Positions 7,621 to 18,058 of a DNA stretch of 58,497 nt are shown piece after piece. Positions within the stretch are counted from its first letter, which is position 1. The number at the start of each line of letters is the position of its first letter. The notes beneath the pieces are model-generated. The model made no database searches. It saw only the letters and a list, made by a program, of their open reading frames with translations, and was not told where the DNA came from. The translations under genes were made by a program, and so were the position numbers. The DNA is from a virus (taxonomy: Duplodnaviria; Caudoviricetes), in IMG/VR virus record IMGVR_UViG_3300004265_000001, positions 1-58,497 of that record, one strand, 5' to 3'.

Positions 7621-10600
7621 TTAGATAGTATTTTTAATCCAGCCGATTGGCTCTTTAAGTTTGTGAGTGACAACTCTTACAGCGTTACCGTTCAAGTCTA
7701 TTAATGTATTAGCATTGTTTACAATATGTATTCTTGAATCATCACCCCAATCTGTCCCGTCCCACTTAAGCTCAGTAGCAGCATAGTTAATACCAGCTTG
7801 CAGATTAGTCTCTGTATTATAATTAAGAGCTTTAAATGCTGGTGAATAGTCAGTTGGTGGCCCAAAATTTAACACGCTATGCTCAGCATCCTCAAAACTA
7901 TCTTGAGATAAGAGTCCATTTTCCCATATTGAGAATGAATGCAATGCTAATGTTCTAGACTGAATGCTTGTTTGGTTGCCTGATATGCAAATTTTATTAA
8001 TCAAACTTTCTCCAAGAAGCGTCCCTTTTGTGGTTGCGTATCGAGCATTTGAGTAAACGCCACCTAATCCACTTGTACTACCATACACCTTAGTGTTAAT
8101 AGTTGGCTCAGTTTGCTTAGCAAAGGCTTGATATTGATTAACTGACAGCAAGCTATTGTTTAATCCAACTATAAATTTGTTAGTTATAAAATTAAATTCA
8201 CTACTAGTTGTACTCCATGATGTTCCATTATTTAAAGAGTAAACAGTAACGACTTGTGTGGAAATAGCCTTCCTAGATAATGAAGTATCTAATGGGCCAC
8301 TACCTTCACCCGTCCCCAACCAATCACCTTCCCATCCATCCTTTAGTGCATCAGAAAGCAGGATATTAGCGGGGTTACCAATAACATCAGTTTTCATGAA
8401 TGAACCACCAACAGAGGATTTAACATCCTCAACCTTAGCAGTATACCAAGGGTCTCCTGTATCATTACTAAACTGTGGGTAGTTATGAACACCAACACCT
8501 CGGTTATAAGGGTATGGTGAAACTCTTACATAACCACTAGATGTTGATACCGATCCGTATAGAATATTACCAGTAGCAGGTTGATACATGATAATAGGAT
8601 AACCAGCTACCAAGCCATTCTCATACATAGGTAAGGCTCCACCAGTTCCACCTGGACTTACAGTAATTAATGCATGTGATGGGTTTTCAGCAGCAAAATA
8701 GCCAATATATGCATTATTAAAGAACTTGGTTCTAACTATTTTTTCAAACCCACGATAAGTGCCATTCTTAACTTTTGAATCAGCTTCAGAAAATTTTTCT
8801 AGCGTTGTGTGATTAGCTGAATATCGCATATCACGGCAAACACCACCTTGTCCTGATGCGTAGACAGCATCATAGTAGCGCCCATCAGGCCTTCCTGAAA
8901 CTCCCCCAATACTTCCCGACAAGGCAACAATAGACGCTAAAGCAAATGCACTGGCTTTAGACGTTAATACATTCACGGTTGGTTCATACCAATACCCGTG
9001 ATTATTGTCTGCTTCATTTTTAACTAACTTTGCTCCGCTTGGATTAAAGCTCGGGTGATAAGCCCCTTTATTAAGTCGGTTAATCGTTCCGCATACTAAT
9101 AAGTAGCATTCACTATTAGCAGAAAGGCTAAATTGATTACCATCTTGCAATGCAGTAAATAGCCCATTATGAGGAAATGCATTTGCACTAGACTCATATG
9201 CTCTAAATTGACTTCCAGAAAATGACGAATCACCATAAGGTTGTGCTATATCATTTATACCTTGCGCTCTAACCCTGGTATTTGGTGTACTAGCAAGAGA
9301 AGGATATGACCATTGAGCTCCTTGGCTTTCAATTCTTGGCCAATCACCATTACCAGCACCAGCAAATGAACGACCACGAACACGCCATTGAACTAATCGA
9401 CCATCATCTAAGAAATAAAGCTTATTCTTATAGTTAGCTAAAACCTTTCTTTTTTGTGCATCAGTAAGCGTAAAGTAATTAACACCTTTACCTTTGCTGC
9501 TAGTGTCACCATTAAACCAAGCATAGTAAGTTACAGGTCGATTACTTGAAACAGTAGCTATACCGTCCATGGTTGTTGCTAAAGATTGAATTAGTCCATT
9601 AGGGTAAATATAAGGATTTGTTAAGTTTACTTCTTCAAGAAATGATTCAAAACCCCACATATCAACACGGTCAGTAACTACCTCTAGGTTTGTATCAACA
9701 GCAGCAGCGTTAAACGCAGCAGTAGTTGTAGTATACACAACGTTAGCGCCAGTAGATTTGTTGTAAGTTGTTTTACCATCTGGGGCTTGAGGGAGTTTGA
9801 TTACTGAAGTTCCGCTCTCAACTGCTCCTATCCCAACAATATCAAAGATCACCCCTGCAATATTACTTACTGCAAAATTAGTCTTTGACAAACCTAAACT
9901 ATCTGCACCCCTTCCAATCCTAAGTTGGTTTGGTGAGTCCTCAGCAGTCCAAAGACCTTCATTTATCTCATTTAAGTGGGCGGCAACATTATAATGCTTA
10001 CCAAAATGAACAAAACCACTAGCCGCATACTCTTCATTGTTCTGCGCTCGAATAGCTTCAAACTGAGCTTGCGACATACCAACAGCGTTAAGGTTAACTA
10101 GCTTAACCTCTGCCATGTTACCGCTGACATTTTGAATATCGTCCATATTGTTGCCAACATCAGCAACCAAGGCGATATTATTTGCTACGGTAGATATTGC
10201 ACCAGCATTACTACCAACATTTGATAGTTCTTCTTTTAGCTTAAAGTAAGTGGTTAGTGTATTAATCTCACCATCAGGGCCAAGAAAATCAACAGTATCG
10301 GCAGTTGATGTATACCACTCATACATATCATCAAGACTGATTTGCTTTTGATTAATGGCCGCTGAAGCCATAGCGACCAGTTTTGCATTTTGGGTACCGG
10401 AAGCAAAACGAGCAATGGCATAGTTAATATTTGACGCTGATGCTTCAGCATAAGCAGTATTAAGCTTTATGTACTCACCCGTTGCATCACTGCCAATGAA
10501 GATGATTTCATAAAGCTTGCCACCACTTACAATAAACGCATCCCCTACAACTGGCTTATTGGGCGCAGTAGTGATGTTAGCACTTTGAAAACGCACTGTA

Positions 10601-10650
10601 TCTGAGTTGTTAACTGTACATGTGCCTTGTCTAAACCAGCTATAAGACAT
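7621..10650 (-). CDS. Tail fibre / receptor-binding protein
   Basis: 1009 aa with an N-terminal WFRQGTCTV...GDAF anchor, a short coiled segment, then a G/S/N-rich beta region starting YAASGFVHFGKH. Position follows the adaptor genes. Confidence 0.75.
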   Translation of the reverse strand: MSYSWFRQGTCTVNNSDTVRFQSANITTAPNKPVVGDAFIVSGGKLYEIIFIGSDATGEYIKLNTAYAEASASNINYAIARFASGTQNAKLVAMASAAINQKQISLDDMYEWYTSTADTVDFLGPDGEINTLTTYFKLKEELSNVGSNAGAISTVANNIALVADVGNNMDDIQNVSGNMAEVKLVNLNAVGMSQAQFEAIRAQNNEEYAASGFVHFGKHYNVAAHLNEINEGLWTAEDSPNQLRIGRGADSLGLSKTNFAVSNIAGVIFDIVGIGAVESGTSVIKLPQAPDGKTTYNKSTGANVVYTTTTAAFNAAAVDTNLEVVTDRVDMWGFESFLEEVNLTNPYIYPNGLIQSLATTMDGIATVSSNRPVTYYAWFNGDTSSKGKGVNYFTLTDAQKRKVLANYKNKLYFLDDGRLVQWRVRGRSFAGAGNGDWPRIESQGAQWSYPSLASTPNTRVRAQGINDIAQPYGDSSFSGSQFRAYESSANAFPHNGLFTALQDGNQFSLSANSECYLLVCGTINRLNKGAYHPSFNPSGAKLVKNEADNNHGYWYEPTVNVLTSKASAFALASIVALSGSIGGVSGRPDGRYYDAVYASGQGGVCRDMRYSANHTTLEKFSEADSKVKNGTYRGFEKIVRTKFFNNAYIGYFAAENPSHALITVSPGGTGGALPMYENGLVAGYPIIMYQPATGNILYGSVSTSSGYVRVSPYPYNRGVGVHNYPQFSNDTGDPWYTAKVEDVKSSVGGSFMKTDVIGNPANILLSDALKDGWEGDWLGTGEGSGPLDTSLSRKAISTQVVTVYSLNNGTSWSTTSSEFNFITNKFIVGLNNSLLSVNQYQAFAKQTEPTINTKVYGSTSGLGGVYSNARYATTKGTLLGESLINKICISGNQTSIQSRTLALHSFSIWENGLLSQDSFEDAEHSVLNFGPPTDYSPAFKALNYNTETNLQAGINYAATELKWDGTDWGDDSRIHIVNNANTLIDLNGNAVRVVTHKLKEPIGWIKNTI

Positions 10651-10655
10651 TGTTG

Positions 10656-11297
10656 TTACTCCTTGCGATCCGGTGCAGTTGGTGACATTCCTGTATCGGC
10701 CTCAGTCTTAGCGCCCATAATACCCATAAACATTTGAAAGTGAGTGTTTGCCTTAACTTGCTCGCTGTATTCAAAATCCTTGCTATGGGCCATGTAAAGC
10801 ATGTATTCAATAATTGCATTTGAATAAGCTGTATCAAGATCTGCAGGTTCTTCTATTTCAAGAATATCTCTTATAGGCGGGATAGCAGAATAAACCATAT
10901 CAACTTTTAATCCAGCGGTTACACCTGGGAACAAAAAGAAGAATTTCGGCTGGCGCTCGTCATAAACAAAAGCCTCGGGTATGCTGTCAACTGTCCCATA
11001 CCACTCAGGGTAAAGCTCTGTTAACTGTTTTTTGTCTCGGCTTCTAATTGCATATCCAGCAGCGGTATTCAACACATCAATCAATCTTACACCATCATCA
11101 GGCATCGACTGTCTAGTGCCTTGGACGCAGGTAAACTCAAAGTCCACCACATTAGCATCTGGGCGCATTGTTACCACTGCGCGTTGAGCATCATTAAATG
11201 ACTCTAGAAGCTTGTCTTTAGGCCAGTGAATAAACCCATCATCTACAAGCTGATTGTTTACGCGACCAATTATGTATGAGATTTTATCTTTTGCCAT
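10656..11297 (-). CDS. Head-tail adaptor (tubular protein A-like)
   Basis: 213 aa with W...LL..FNDAQRAVV.MRPDA, CVQGTRQSMP and YMLYMAHSKD patterns of 933W-type adaptors. Confidence 0.7.
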   Translation of the reverse strand: MAKDKISYIIGRVNNQLVDDGFIHWPKDKLLESFNDAQRAVVTMRPDANVVDFEFTCVQGTRQSMPDDGVRLIDVLNTAAGYAIRSRDKKQLTELYPEWYGTVDSIPEAFVYDERQPKFFFLFPGVTAGLKVDMVYSAIPPIRDILEIEEPADLDTAYSNAIIEYMLYMAHSKDFEYSEQVKANTHFQMFMGIMGAKTEADTGMSPTAPDRKE

Positions 11298-11302
11298 GAT
11301 GT

Positions 11303-11860
11303 TTACATCCAGTAAGAGTTTTTAATTTTAGGGTTGTAGTAATTCCCGTATTGCTCTAATACCATTCGCCAAGCTTTGCGGAAACCTTCTACAAACAGTC
11401 TATTATGATATGCCGATTGATTGCCATCAGTCCAAGATTGATTAGTTTGCAAATAGAGCTTAGCAGCAGCACCATGAGCAATTTCTTCCTTGAAGTCATT
11501 CAGTATAACCGGTATGTCTTGACTGTCATTTGGTATGAGCCAAGGCACTATGCGAACGCCTTTGATATCATCAAGGAATATGATTTTATCTTTTGAGTTC
11601 TGAATATAATCAATGCCGCGATCTAAATTGCCATCATCATTGTAAACTCTTGCCATAGCCCAAGGCGTGACGCTCGGCATTGTTACCGTAACATCAACCT
11701 CAACACCTTTTACAACATCGCCAAGAGTAATCACTTCACGAACGACCTTAGATTCCTTGCAAAAAATAATGGCAGATGAAAACAATTCATCTGCCATAAC
11801 TAACTGCAATGGGCCTTGGATCATTTTACGGAGTTCTGGCAAGAAATCCTTTATGTCCAT
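11303..11860 (-). CDS. Putative head completion / adaptor protein
   Basis: 185 aa with FLPELR, AIIFCKES and IAHGAAAKL...W motifs. Syntenic position after the capsid genes. Confidence 0.6.
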   Translation of the reverse strand: MDIKDFLPELRKMIQGPLQLVMADELFSSAIIFCKESKVVREVITLGDVVKGVEVDVTVTMPSVTPWAMARVYNDDGNLDRGIDYIQNSKDKIIFLDDIKGVRIVPWLIPNDSQDIPVILNDFKEEIAHGAAAKLYLQTNQSWTDGNQSAYHNRLFVEGFRKAWRMVLEQYGNYYNPKIKNSYWM

Positions 11861-11870
11861 GGTTCACCCC

Positions 11871-12374
11871 TTATGCTTGTGGTTCCGCGTTAGCTTCATC
11901 AAATGCTTTACGAACACGTACAGCAAGATCAATCTTATCTTCTTGCTTGCCACCGGCATCAATAAGTCGCGATACATCAAGTTCATTAGCTAAGCAGAAG
12001 GTTTCGATCTCAGCAAATGTGAGCTTAAAGATATCAACTAGTTCGCCATCTAAATCAATGACTGTCTTTTGATTGTCTAACTCTTTTTGCTGTGCAAGCA
12101 ATAGAGCTTCAGCTTCTTGAGCTGCCAATTCTTCTTCACGCTTACTTTGTTCAGCGAAAAATTCGGCAGTATCTTTATCAGCACGAACGAAACAATCAAA
12201 AGGCAACAATGCTTGAGCTACCATTAAAGGCACTTCAACAGCTTCGCCGCGAGGGAATCGGATCTGAGGCTGATAACCTGATACGGTATCGCGTTTAACC
12301 GCTTTAGGGCCAACATACATAACAGGCGTTGTTTGTGCGCCTTGAATTAAAAAGTTTTGACTTTGCATCATCAT
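11871..12374 (-). CDS. Hypothetical virion-associated protein
   Basis: 167 aa with a YVGPKAVKRDTVSG...FPRGEAVEVP motif, located downstream of the capsid genes. Confidence 0.55.
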   Translation of the reverse strand: MMMQSQNFLIQGAQTTPVMYVGPKAVKRDTVSGYQPQIRFPRGEAVEVPLMVAQALLPFDCFVRADKDTAEFFAEQSKREEELAAQEAEALLLAQQKELDNQKTVIDLDGELVDIFKLTFAEIETFCLANELDVSRLIDAGGKQEDKIDLAVRVRKAFDEANAEPQA

Positions 12375-12416
12375 TCCTCGATAGCCCCTAACAACGTTAG
12401 AGGCATATCAGTAGTG

Positions 12417-12812
12417 TTACATTGTGCCGATAGTTAGGTATTCAACAGTAACGACTAGCGGGGCTGAACGCGCACCACCTTTCACCACTGCAAATACTTC
12501 CATTTCTTCAAACTCAGTTTGAATAGGGTAAATATCTTTAACAGTAAACTTAGCATTTACGTCTAAGTCTGCAGCTAAAGTAGTTTCCACACCGGCTTTT
12601 GTGCGCATTTTAATATCGACAACAACAGAAGCAGCAGCAGCGCTACAACCAGCACCAACTTTTTTAATCGCTAAACCAGCAGGTAAACGACCAAAAACAA
12701 CTTCGTCATTAGCAACAGTATTGGTAGTGCATGTACCAACGGCAGTTGCCATATTGCCATGGGTACCGCCGTAAAAGCCACGATGGGCCGAGTTAGCTTG
12801 AATAGTAGCCAT
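12417..12812 (-). CDS. Putative capsid decoration / cement protein
   Basis: 131 aa, beta-rich, immediately downstream of the major capsid gene, with a ggag RBS. Confidence 0.6.
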   Translation of the reverse strand: MATIQANSAHRGFYGGTHGNMATAVGTCTTNTVANDEVVFGRLPAGLAIKKVGAGCSAAAASVVVDIKMRTKAGVETTLAADLDVNAKFTVKDIYPIQTEFEEMEVFAVVKGGARSAPLVVTVEYLTIGTM

Positions 12813-12868
12813 AATGTTTGTATCTCCGAATTATAGCCCCGATAAATTACCCGGGGCGAATATTAGCC

Positions 12869-14068
12869 TTAAAGACCTTTAACAGCAGTGTCAACACAGA
12901 TAATGCCATGGTCACGTACATAACCATCGGCATGTTCATAACGGATTTTAGCAAGACCTTCAAACCAAGAGATTGAAGCCTCAGTACCGTTACCGTGATC
13001 CACCGGACCTTCCCAGTAGCTAAACGGAGTTGAGTTACCGCTTGTGCCATAGAAGTCACCCATTGCCTGCGCGCCAAGAAGGATCGCACGTTCAATGTTA
13101 GTGCCAGCCGTTTTATCAGCAGTAGCAGCCGCTTTAGTGTTAGTACATACCTTAACGGTTGAACCAGTTAAGAAACGCACCGGACGGTGATACTTCTTAA
13201 TCAAGATATTATCGACCATGATTGCATCACCTTTGAATAAGGGATGATCAAAGCCGGCGCCACGATTAGATGCCTGGGCTAACATGTTGTTATAATCTTT
13301 TGCAGTTGTACTTTCCTGCATGTCTTTCCACTGACGCGGAGTAAGGAACATTACATGGAAAGGTGAATCAGCTTGCATTGTATCGCTGCCATACTGAACG
13401 GCTTGCAATGGGTTGCTTGATTCGTCTAAATGCATACGAATGTTTTTGATCACATCAATAGTGAACACATCGGCAGAATCAAGAGTTTCAAAGCTAGTCG
13501 CATCACCACCAAAGAAATGACGGTCATAAGTAGGCGGTAACACATCGTTAATCATGATCTTGGCAAAGCGAGGGTCACCAGATAAAGGAACCTTTGTTTT
13601 GCTATCCATCAACTGACCACGCGCACCAGCAAACATGTAAACCATCTTTTCGTCCATCAGCTCTTTGTAGTAGTTGTTAAGCAAAGTTTTAGCAATGCCC
13701 TTCAACTGCTTAGAAGTACGCTTCTGTGACATACGACCACCGATATCAACCGGCTTACGGATTTGGTTAATCTTGGCTTCAAACTCGGTTTTATCCAAAG
13801 TTTCGCCGCGACCTTCAATCTTTTCATCACCAATGAAAGGTGATTCGTTTAGTTCGTGGAAAACGTCCATTGATACAAAATCACCAGCTTTTTTATTTAA
13901 GTCGGTAATACGTACAATTGGCGCACCCTTTTCGGTCTGGCTTGAACTTGAAGAACGGATGCTTGTTGGTGCCGCACCTGTTAGTAAGTTCTTGAGTGAA
14001 GGTAAACGGCATGTTTCAGAGAACATTACCGCACTAAAGACCTTTTCATTGCCTGGTTTCATAGCCAT
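12869..14068 (-). CDS. Major capsid protein (N4-gp56 / DUF4043 type)
   Basis: 399 aa with PIVRITDLNKKAGD, GDEKIEGRGE, GGRMSQKRT, HPLFKGD and RDHGII motifs. Follows the scaffold gene. Confidence 0.9.
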   Translation of the reverse strand: MAMKPGNEKVFSAVMFSETCRLPSLKNLLTGAAPTSIRSSSSSQTEKGAPIVRITDLNKKAGDFVSMDVFHELNESPFIGDEKIEGRGETLDKTEFEAKINQIRKPVDIGGRMSQKRTSKQLKGIAKTLLNNYYKELMDEKMVYMFAGARGQLMDSKTKVPLSGDPRFAKIMINDVLPPTYDRHFFGGDATSFETLDSADVFTIDVIKNIRMHLDESSNPLQAVQYGSDTMQADSPFHVMFLTPRQWKDMQESTTAKDYNNMLAQASNRGAGFDHPLFKGDAIMVDNILIKKYHRPVRFLTGSTVKVCTNTKAAATADKTAGTNIERAILLGAQAMGDFYGTSGNSTPFSYWEGPVDHGNGTEASISWFEGLAKIRYEHADGYVRDHGIICVDTAVKGL

Positions 14069-14074
14069 AGTTTT

Positions 14075-15196
14075 TTAATCCATATCATCTAATAGGGCGT
14101 CCAACTCCTTGGGAGTCAGCTCGTCCATAATTTTAATTAAATCACTACCGGTTGCAGCTCTAGCGCGCTCAAGCGCATTGCCCTTACCAGACTCAGCGTG
14201 ACCAATTTCACTCGGGCTTGCTGGTGTCTGGTTTTCCATTGCCTGTTTAGCCTTTTGAGCAGCAATAGCTTTGATTTCATCGTTATTATCAGTGGGCTTT
14301 TCTGGCTCCTTACCGATAGCACGATTAGTCCTAGCTAAAACTTCATCAAGCTGAACCGATAGCGGTTTGTCCTTGAAGGATGAAGAATTAGTAACTTGAG
14401 TATAGAAATGTTCAAGAGTTTCTTGTTCGTCACTACCCTCGTTATCCATGATTGCTTTAAACTCAGGACGCTTGGCCACATAAGCTTTGTAATCATTGAA
14501 ACGTTGTTGATCAGGCTGTGCCTCAGTCTTAGGCGCTTCTTGCTTAGACTGTTCCTTGACTATGCCTTGCTTGCCTACTAATGCTTTTAGAACCTTCCCA
14601 ACATCACCGTATTCATCTAGTGATTCAAGAAGTTCAGGCGTTAGTTCAATATCTTCAGGTAATTGTTCAGGATCAATACCCGCACTTTCTAGCTGCTTCT
14701 TTAATAGAGCTGCTTGGCGGTCATTCTTCGTCAGCTTGCCTTCAGCTTCTTGACGTAGAAGTCTTTCTTGCTCCAGTGCCGAACTAGCTTCTTTAGCCTT
14801 TGCTCGAGTGGATTCAAGAACACCATAAGGTATTTCATGCTTTCCATTCTTAGCGATAATTGCCAGTAGTTCCTTTGGAACAATAGCATTACCGTTATCA
14901 TCAAAGGTTATTTTACTCTCAATTCCTTCAGCAATATCAGCAGGGGCAGACGTATCCCCAGCCGTAATGTCCTTCTTCTTACCATCTTCTGATACAGCAT
15001 CTTTGCTATCAGGCTTATCACCTTCGCCTTCATTGGCACTATCATCATCATGGTCTTTAGTTGAATCATCTTCGGCTTCGTCATTTTCGGCTTCAGTCTC
15101 GTCAGCTTCTTCGTCATCAGACATTTCCATTTCGTCTAATAAACTCCAATCACCTTCGAGCATTGCTTTCTTGAACTTTTCATCATCTATAGCCAT
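14075..15196 (-). CDS. Capsid scaffolding protein
   Basis: 373 aa with a highly acidic N-terminus, a KNGKHEIPYGVLE motif and a coiled coil. Lies between portal and capsid genes. Confidence 0.75.
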   Translation of the reverse strand: MAIDDEKFKKAMLEGDWSLLDEMEMSDDEEADETEAENDEAEDDSTKDHDDDSANEGEGDKPDSKDAVSEDGKKKDITAGDTSAPADIAEGIESKITFDDNGNAIVPKELLAIIAKNGKHEIPYGVLESTRAKAKEASSALEQERLLRQEAEGKLTKNDRQAALLKKQLESAGIDPEQLPEDIELTPELLESLDEYGDVGKVLKALVGKQGIVKEQSKQEAPKTEAQPDQQRFNDYKAYVAKRPEFKAIMDNEGSDEQETLEHFYTQVTNSSSFKDKPLSVQLDEVLARTNRAIGKEPEKPTDNNDEIKAIAAQKAKQAMENQTPASPSEIGHAESGKGNALERARAATGSDLIKIMDELTPKELDALLDDMD

Positions 15197-15364
15197 TTAC
15201 GTAAATCTCCAAATTGTCATTCTATCGCTATGACTGCGAACTGTATGCGCCATGCACACAATAAAGGGAATGCCCTTTGTTCTATGCACGATTCCACCAG
15301 CTAATGCTGGTGGACCTATCTAGTTTACTGCTATACCACTCATAAACCAACTAAACTATCAACT

Positions 15365-15916
15365 CTATGGTCTTGAGCTAGTTAATAGGTCAATACGTTC
15401 GTCTAGTCTGAACGCATAATTAACCATTGCGGCTAGTTGATACTTCATGCTTGATTGCTCGGCCCATTCAAGAGTGCCAAAGATAGGGTTATCTTTAATA
15501 AACTTGTCTAGGGCAACAACCTTTTGGTCAAGCTCTTTTGACTCTATCTGCATACGATCAAGGTAGCTTAGCTCAATAGAATTGCTCACATCATTAATAA
15601 TGCTATGCGCAAGCCTATAACCTTCTAATTCCCAAAGCTTGTTCTTAGCTGAAGCCTTGGCCTTTTCAATGCCGTACTTCTCGCCTAATTCTTTATTGAA
15701 GTTGCGAGGATCAACACATGCCATTATCTCAGTCGATAAAGTAAATTTGATATGGCCCATTGGTAAGTATGAAGTAACTACCGTTGTTGTTGTACCTGTA
15801 ACAACATGGCAATCAAATTCTACACTGGCTAATAGCCCCTCAATATAATCTTTAGTTACCCGTGGGTAAGTAAGTCCTTTATCGATAATCTCTTTTTCCA
15901 TTGCGCTATCTGACAT
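15365..15916 (-). CDS. Phage Gp49/Sf6-gp66 family domain fused to a crAss001_48-like helical domain (candidate anti-defence sponge)
   Basis: N-terminal KGLTYPRVT...ACVDPRNFNKELG...NKLWELEGYRL (Gp49 family). C-terminal YLDRMQIESKELDQKVVALDKFI...QLAAMVNY...LDERI. Confidence 0.75.
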   Translation of the reverse strand: MSDSAMEKEIIDKGLTYPRVTKDYIEGLLASVEFDCHVVTGTTTTVVTSYLPMGHIKFTLSTEIMACVDPRNFNKELGEKYGIEKAKASAKNKLWELEGYRLAHSIINDVSNSIELSYLDRMQIESKELDQKVVALDKFIKDNPIFGTLEWAEQSSMKYQLAAMVNYAFRLDERIDLLTSSRP

Positions 15917-15967
15917 AGTTAAGCCCTCTTTGTTAATGTTTATATAATAGACTATTTAATCAATGCT

Positions 15968-18058
15968 TTAAATCTGAACCTGTGCAAGCGCTTGATTCAT
16001 CTTAGCAATAACGCCCATACTATCTATAAGCTGTTGATTAGATTGAGTTTCAAGCTCTGTAACTATCTTAGCTGTTTCGGCTTTAGTCTTGCCTATGTCG
16101 GCATCTTCGGCCTGAAGCTTCTTAGCTTTCAAGTCTGCATCAGCTTGTTTGCTTGCTGCGTCAGCTTCTTCTTTGAATACTTCAGCGGCCATCTTACGCA
16201 TCATCAGTTTTTGTTGCTCAGCTTCAGCTTGTGCTTGCTGCTGCGCTTGTTGCTGTTCTTCAGGTGTCATCTTATCAAAGTCTTTCTTAACTCCGATGGC
16301 AGAGCGTACACGGCCCAAGAACTCTTGCTTGTTTGGAATATCCATCAAGCTTAGGACCATATCAAGTGTAGCTAACTGAACTTCAGGCGGCAATGTACCG
16401 ATAATTTGTGTTAACTGTTGTGCCATTTGAGCTTTAAACGTTGCAGTCTGCTGTATTGGTGCCAAGGCAACATTAGCTCTTAAACGTGAGATATTGTTGT
16501 TTAGCTTATCTGAACCTGCATCGCTTTGGTTGATAATGACTGTCTTGCGGCGATCAGGCTGGTCTTTGAATACGGTTACCGCAATATCTCGCTGCTTGCT
16601 CATATCTTCAAACATGAAAAGCATCAGTAATCGGTTAACCTGCAGTCTTGCATAACGATGGTTATCATTAATTTCAGATAGACCTGTGCTGCCCTGCTCA
16701 ACCAATGAAGCAATAGCAACGCCTGATTGACCTGTCGTTCCTTCACCGAGCATTGCATTGTAGATACCAGCACACTGCTGAATCATTTCTTGTGAGTCTT
16801 TGGCTAGTGTGAACTGCTGTGGCGCAATACCAACATCACTACCGACTTGAAACACTTCAGAAATTGAAGCTCTATTTCTGCGATCAGGGTTGAGCTTTAT
16901 AATGCCATCAACCTTATTAATCTCAGTCTTAACGTCAGCAACGCTCATATCGGTTGCATCATCATCCATTACCACTGATTTGTTGTTTAGCTGTGCAGTA
17001 AGCTTGATATAACGGAAATTAACTGCGTCTTGTGGTGTGATCATGTCGGTGATCATACCCATAGGCATATTGTTCGAGTCTTTTCGATAACCCCAGAATG
17101 GCACTAAAGGATAGTTGCCTTGTGGTGCATCGCAAATTTTATCACGGCACTTAATAGGGCCAACAAACCATGCCTCACGAATATAACGGACAGGTGAGTT
17201 TTTGAGCTCAGCTTTGCCCGAGGCAACCAAAGCATTATGTACCAGGTTATTTGTGTCATATTCTTCAACACGGCCATTCTGTAAAAACATCATCATCTTT
17301 CGTTCTATCACAGCGTAGTAAACAATCTGCAATAGGATACGTCTGCGCTTCTCTTGAAACCACTCAGTTTGAGAACGGCTAAACGTTTGGTACTCTGCCC
17401 ATGCTGCTTGGTAATCGACTTCGTTACCTTCTGCAGTAGTGAAGCTAGTTTCACCAATGAATTTTTCCCAATCGTTATTTACTGCTCGGTTAATCAATTC
17501 TTTCTTGTCAGGCATCATTGATAATGCTTCATCAAGATCAAGCCATCGATCGCGCTTTATCCAGCGGCAATCGCTCATATCACGTTGCTTAGTGTTCCAA
17601 TCCCAAAAAACTTCGTCACGATGAACAAAGAGGATTTTGTAAGGTGTTTGCATCGGGTATGGGTTTCGATATACCTCGACCCAACCCAAGCCGGCTTTAA
17701 TCATTCCGGCATAAGCATCGGACTCAGCCATATCAGCATCGCATAAGCGTCTAGTGTCTTTGTACTTTTCATTAACGGCTTCTACTAGATCTTCAAAATC
17801 ATCGCTTGGTGTGTCGGATGAAATAATCATATCGGTACGGGTGCGAGCTTCCATACCTAAAACACCGTTTACAGTAGGCTTAATCAGGTTATAAACAAGT
17901 AATGGCATTCCGGCATCTTCAAGCATTTTCTTAACTTCGCTTGGTAACTGTTCACCATCATAGTAAGCGCAGCACTTTCTGGCTGGCGTTCTCCAATCTG
18001 GCTGGACATTAACGTCACCCATCAAATCACCAAGCTCTTTTGTCGTAAATGTTTTCAT
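15968..18058 (-). CDS. Portal protein
   Basis: 696 aa directly after TerL, with YYDGEQL, NLIKPTVNGVLGMEA, YPLVPFWGYRKD and SGVAIASLVEQG motifs and a Q-rich barrel tail. Confidence 0.9.
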   Translation of the reverse strand: MKTFTTKELGDLMGDVNVQPDWRTPARKCCAYYDGEQLPSEVKKMLEDAGMPLLVYNLIKPTVNGVLGMEARTRTDMIISSDTPSDDFEDLVEAVNEKYKDTRRLCDADMAESDAYAGMIKAGLGWVEVYRNPYPMQTPYKILFVHRDEVFWDWNTKQRDMSDCRWIKRDRWLDLDEALSMMPDKKELINRAVNNDWEKFIGETSFTTAEGNEVDYQAAWAEYQTFSRSQTEWFQEKRRRILLQIVYYAVIERKMMMFLQNGRVEEYDTNNLVHNALVASGKAELKNSPVRYIREAWFVGPIKCRDKICDAPQGNYPLVPFWGYRKDSNNMPMGMITDMITPQDAVNFRYIKLTAQLNNKSVVMDDDATDMSVADVKTEINKVDGIIKLNPDRRNRASISEVFQVGSDVGIAPQQFTLAKDSQEMIQQCAGIYNAMLGEGTTGQSGVAIASLVEQGSTGLSEINDNHRYARLQVNRLLMLFMFEDMSKQRDIAVTVFKDQPDRRKTVIINQSDAGSDKLNNNISRLRANVALAPIQQTATFKAQMAQQLTQIIGTLPPEVQLATLDMVLSLMDIPNKQEFLGRVRSAIGVKKDFDKMTPEEQQQAQQQAQAEAEQQKLMMRKMAAEVFKEEADAASKQADADLKAKKLQAEDADIGKTKAETAKIVTELETQSNQQLIDSMGVIAKMNQALAQVQI

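Noticed and set aside
12847-13095. Alternative-frame ORF over the capsid 3' end as a programmed frameshift extension
   Set aside because: It would add only a few residues, and no convincing slippery sequence is visible.
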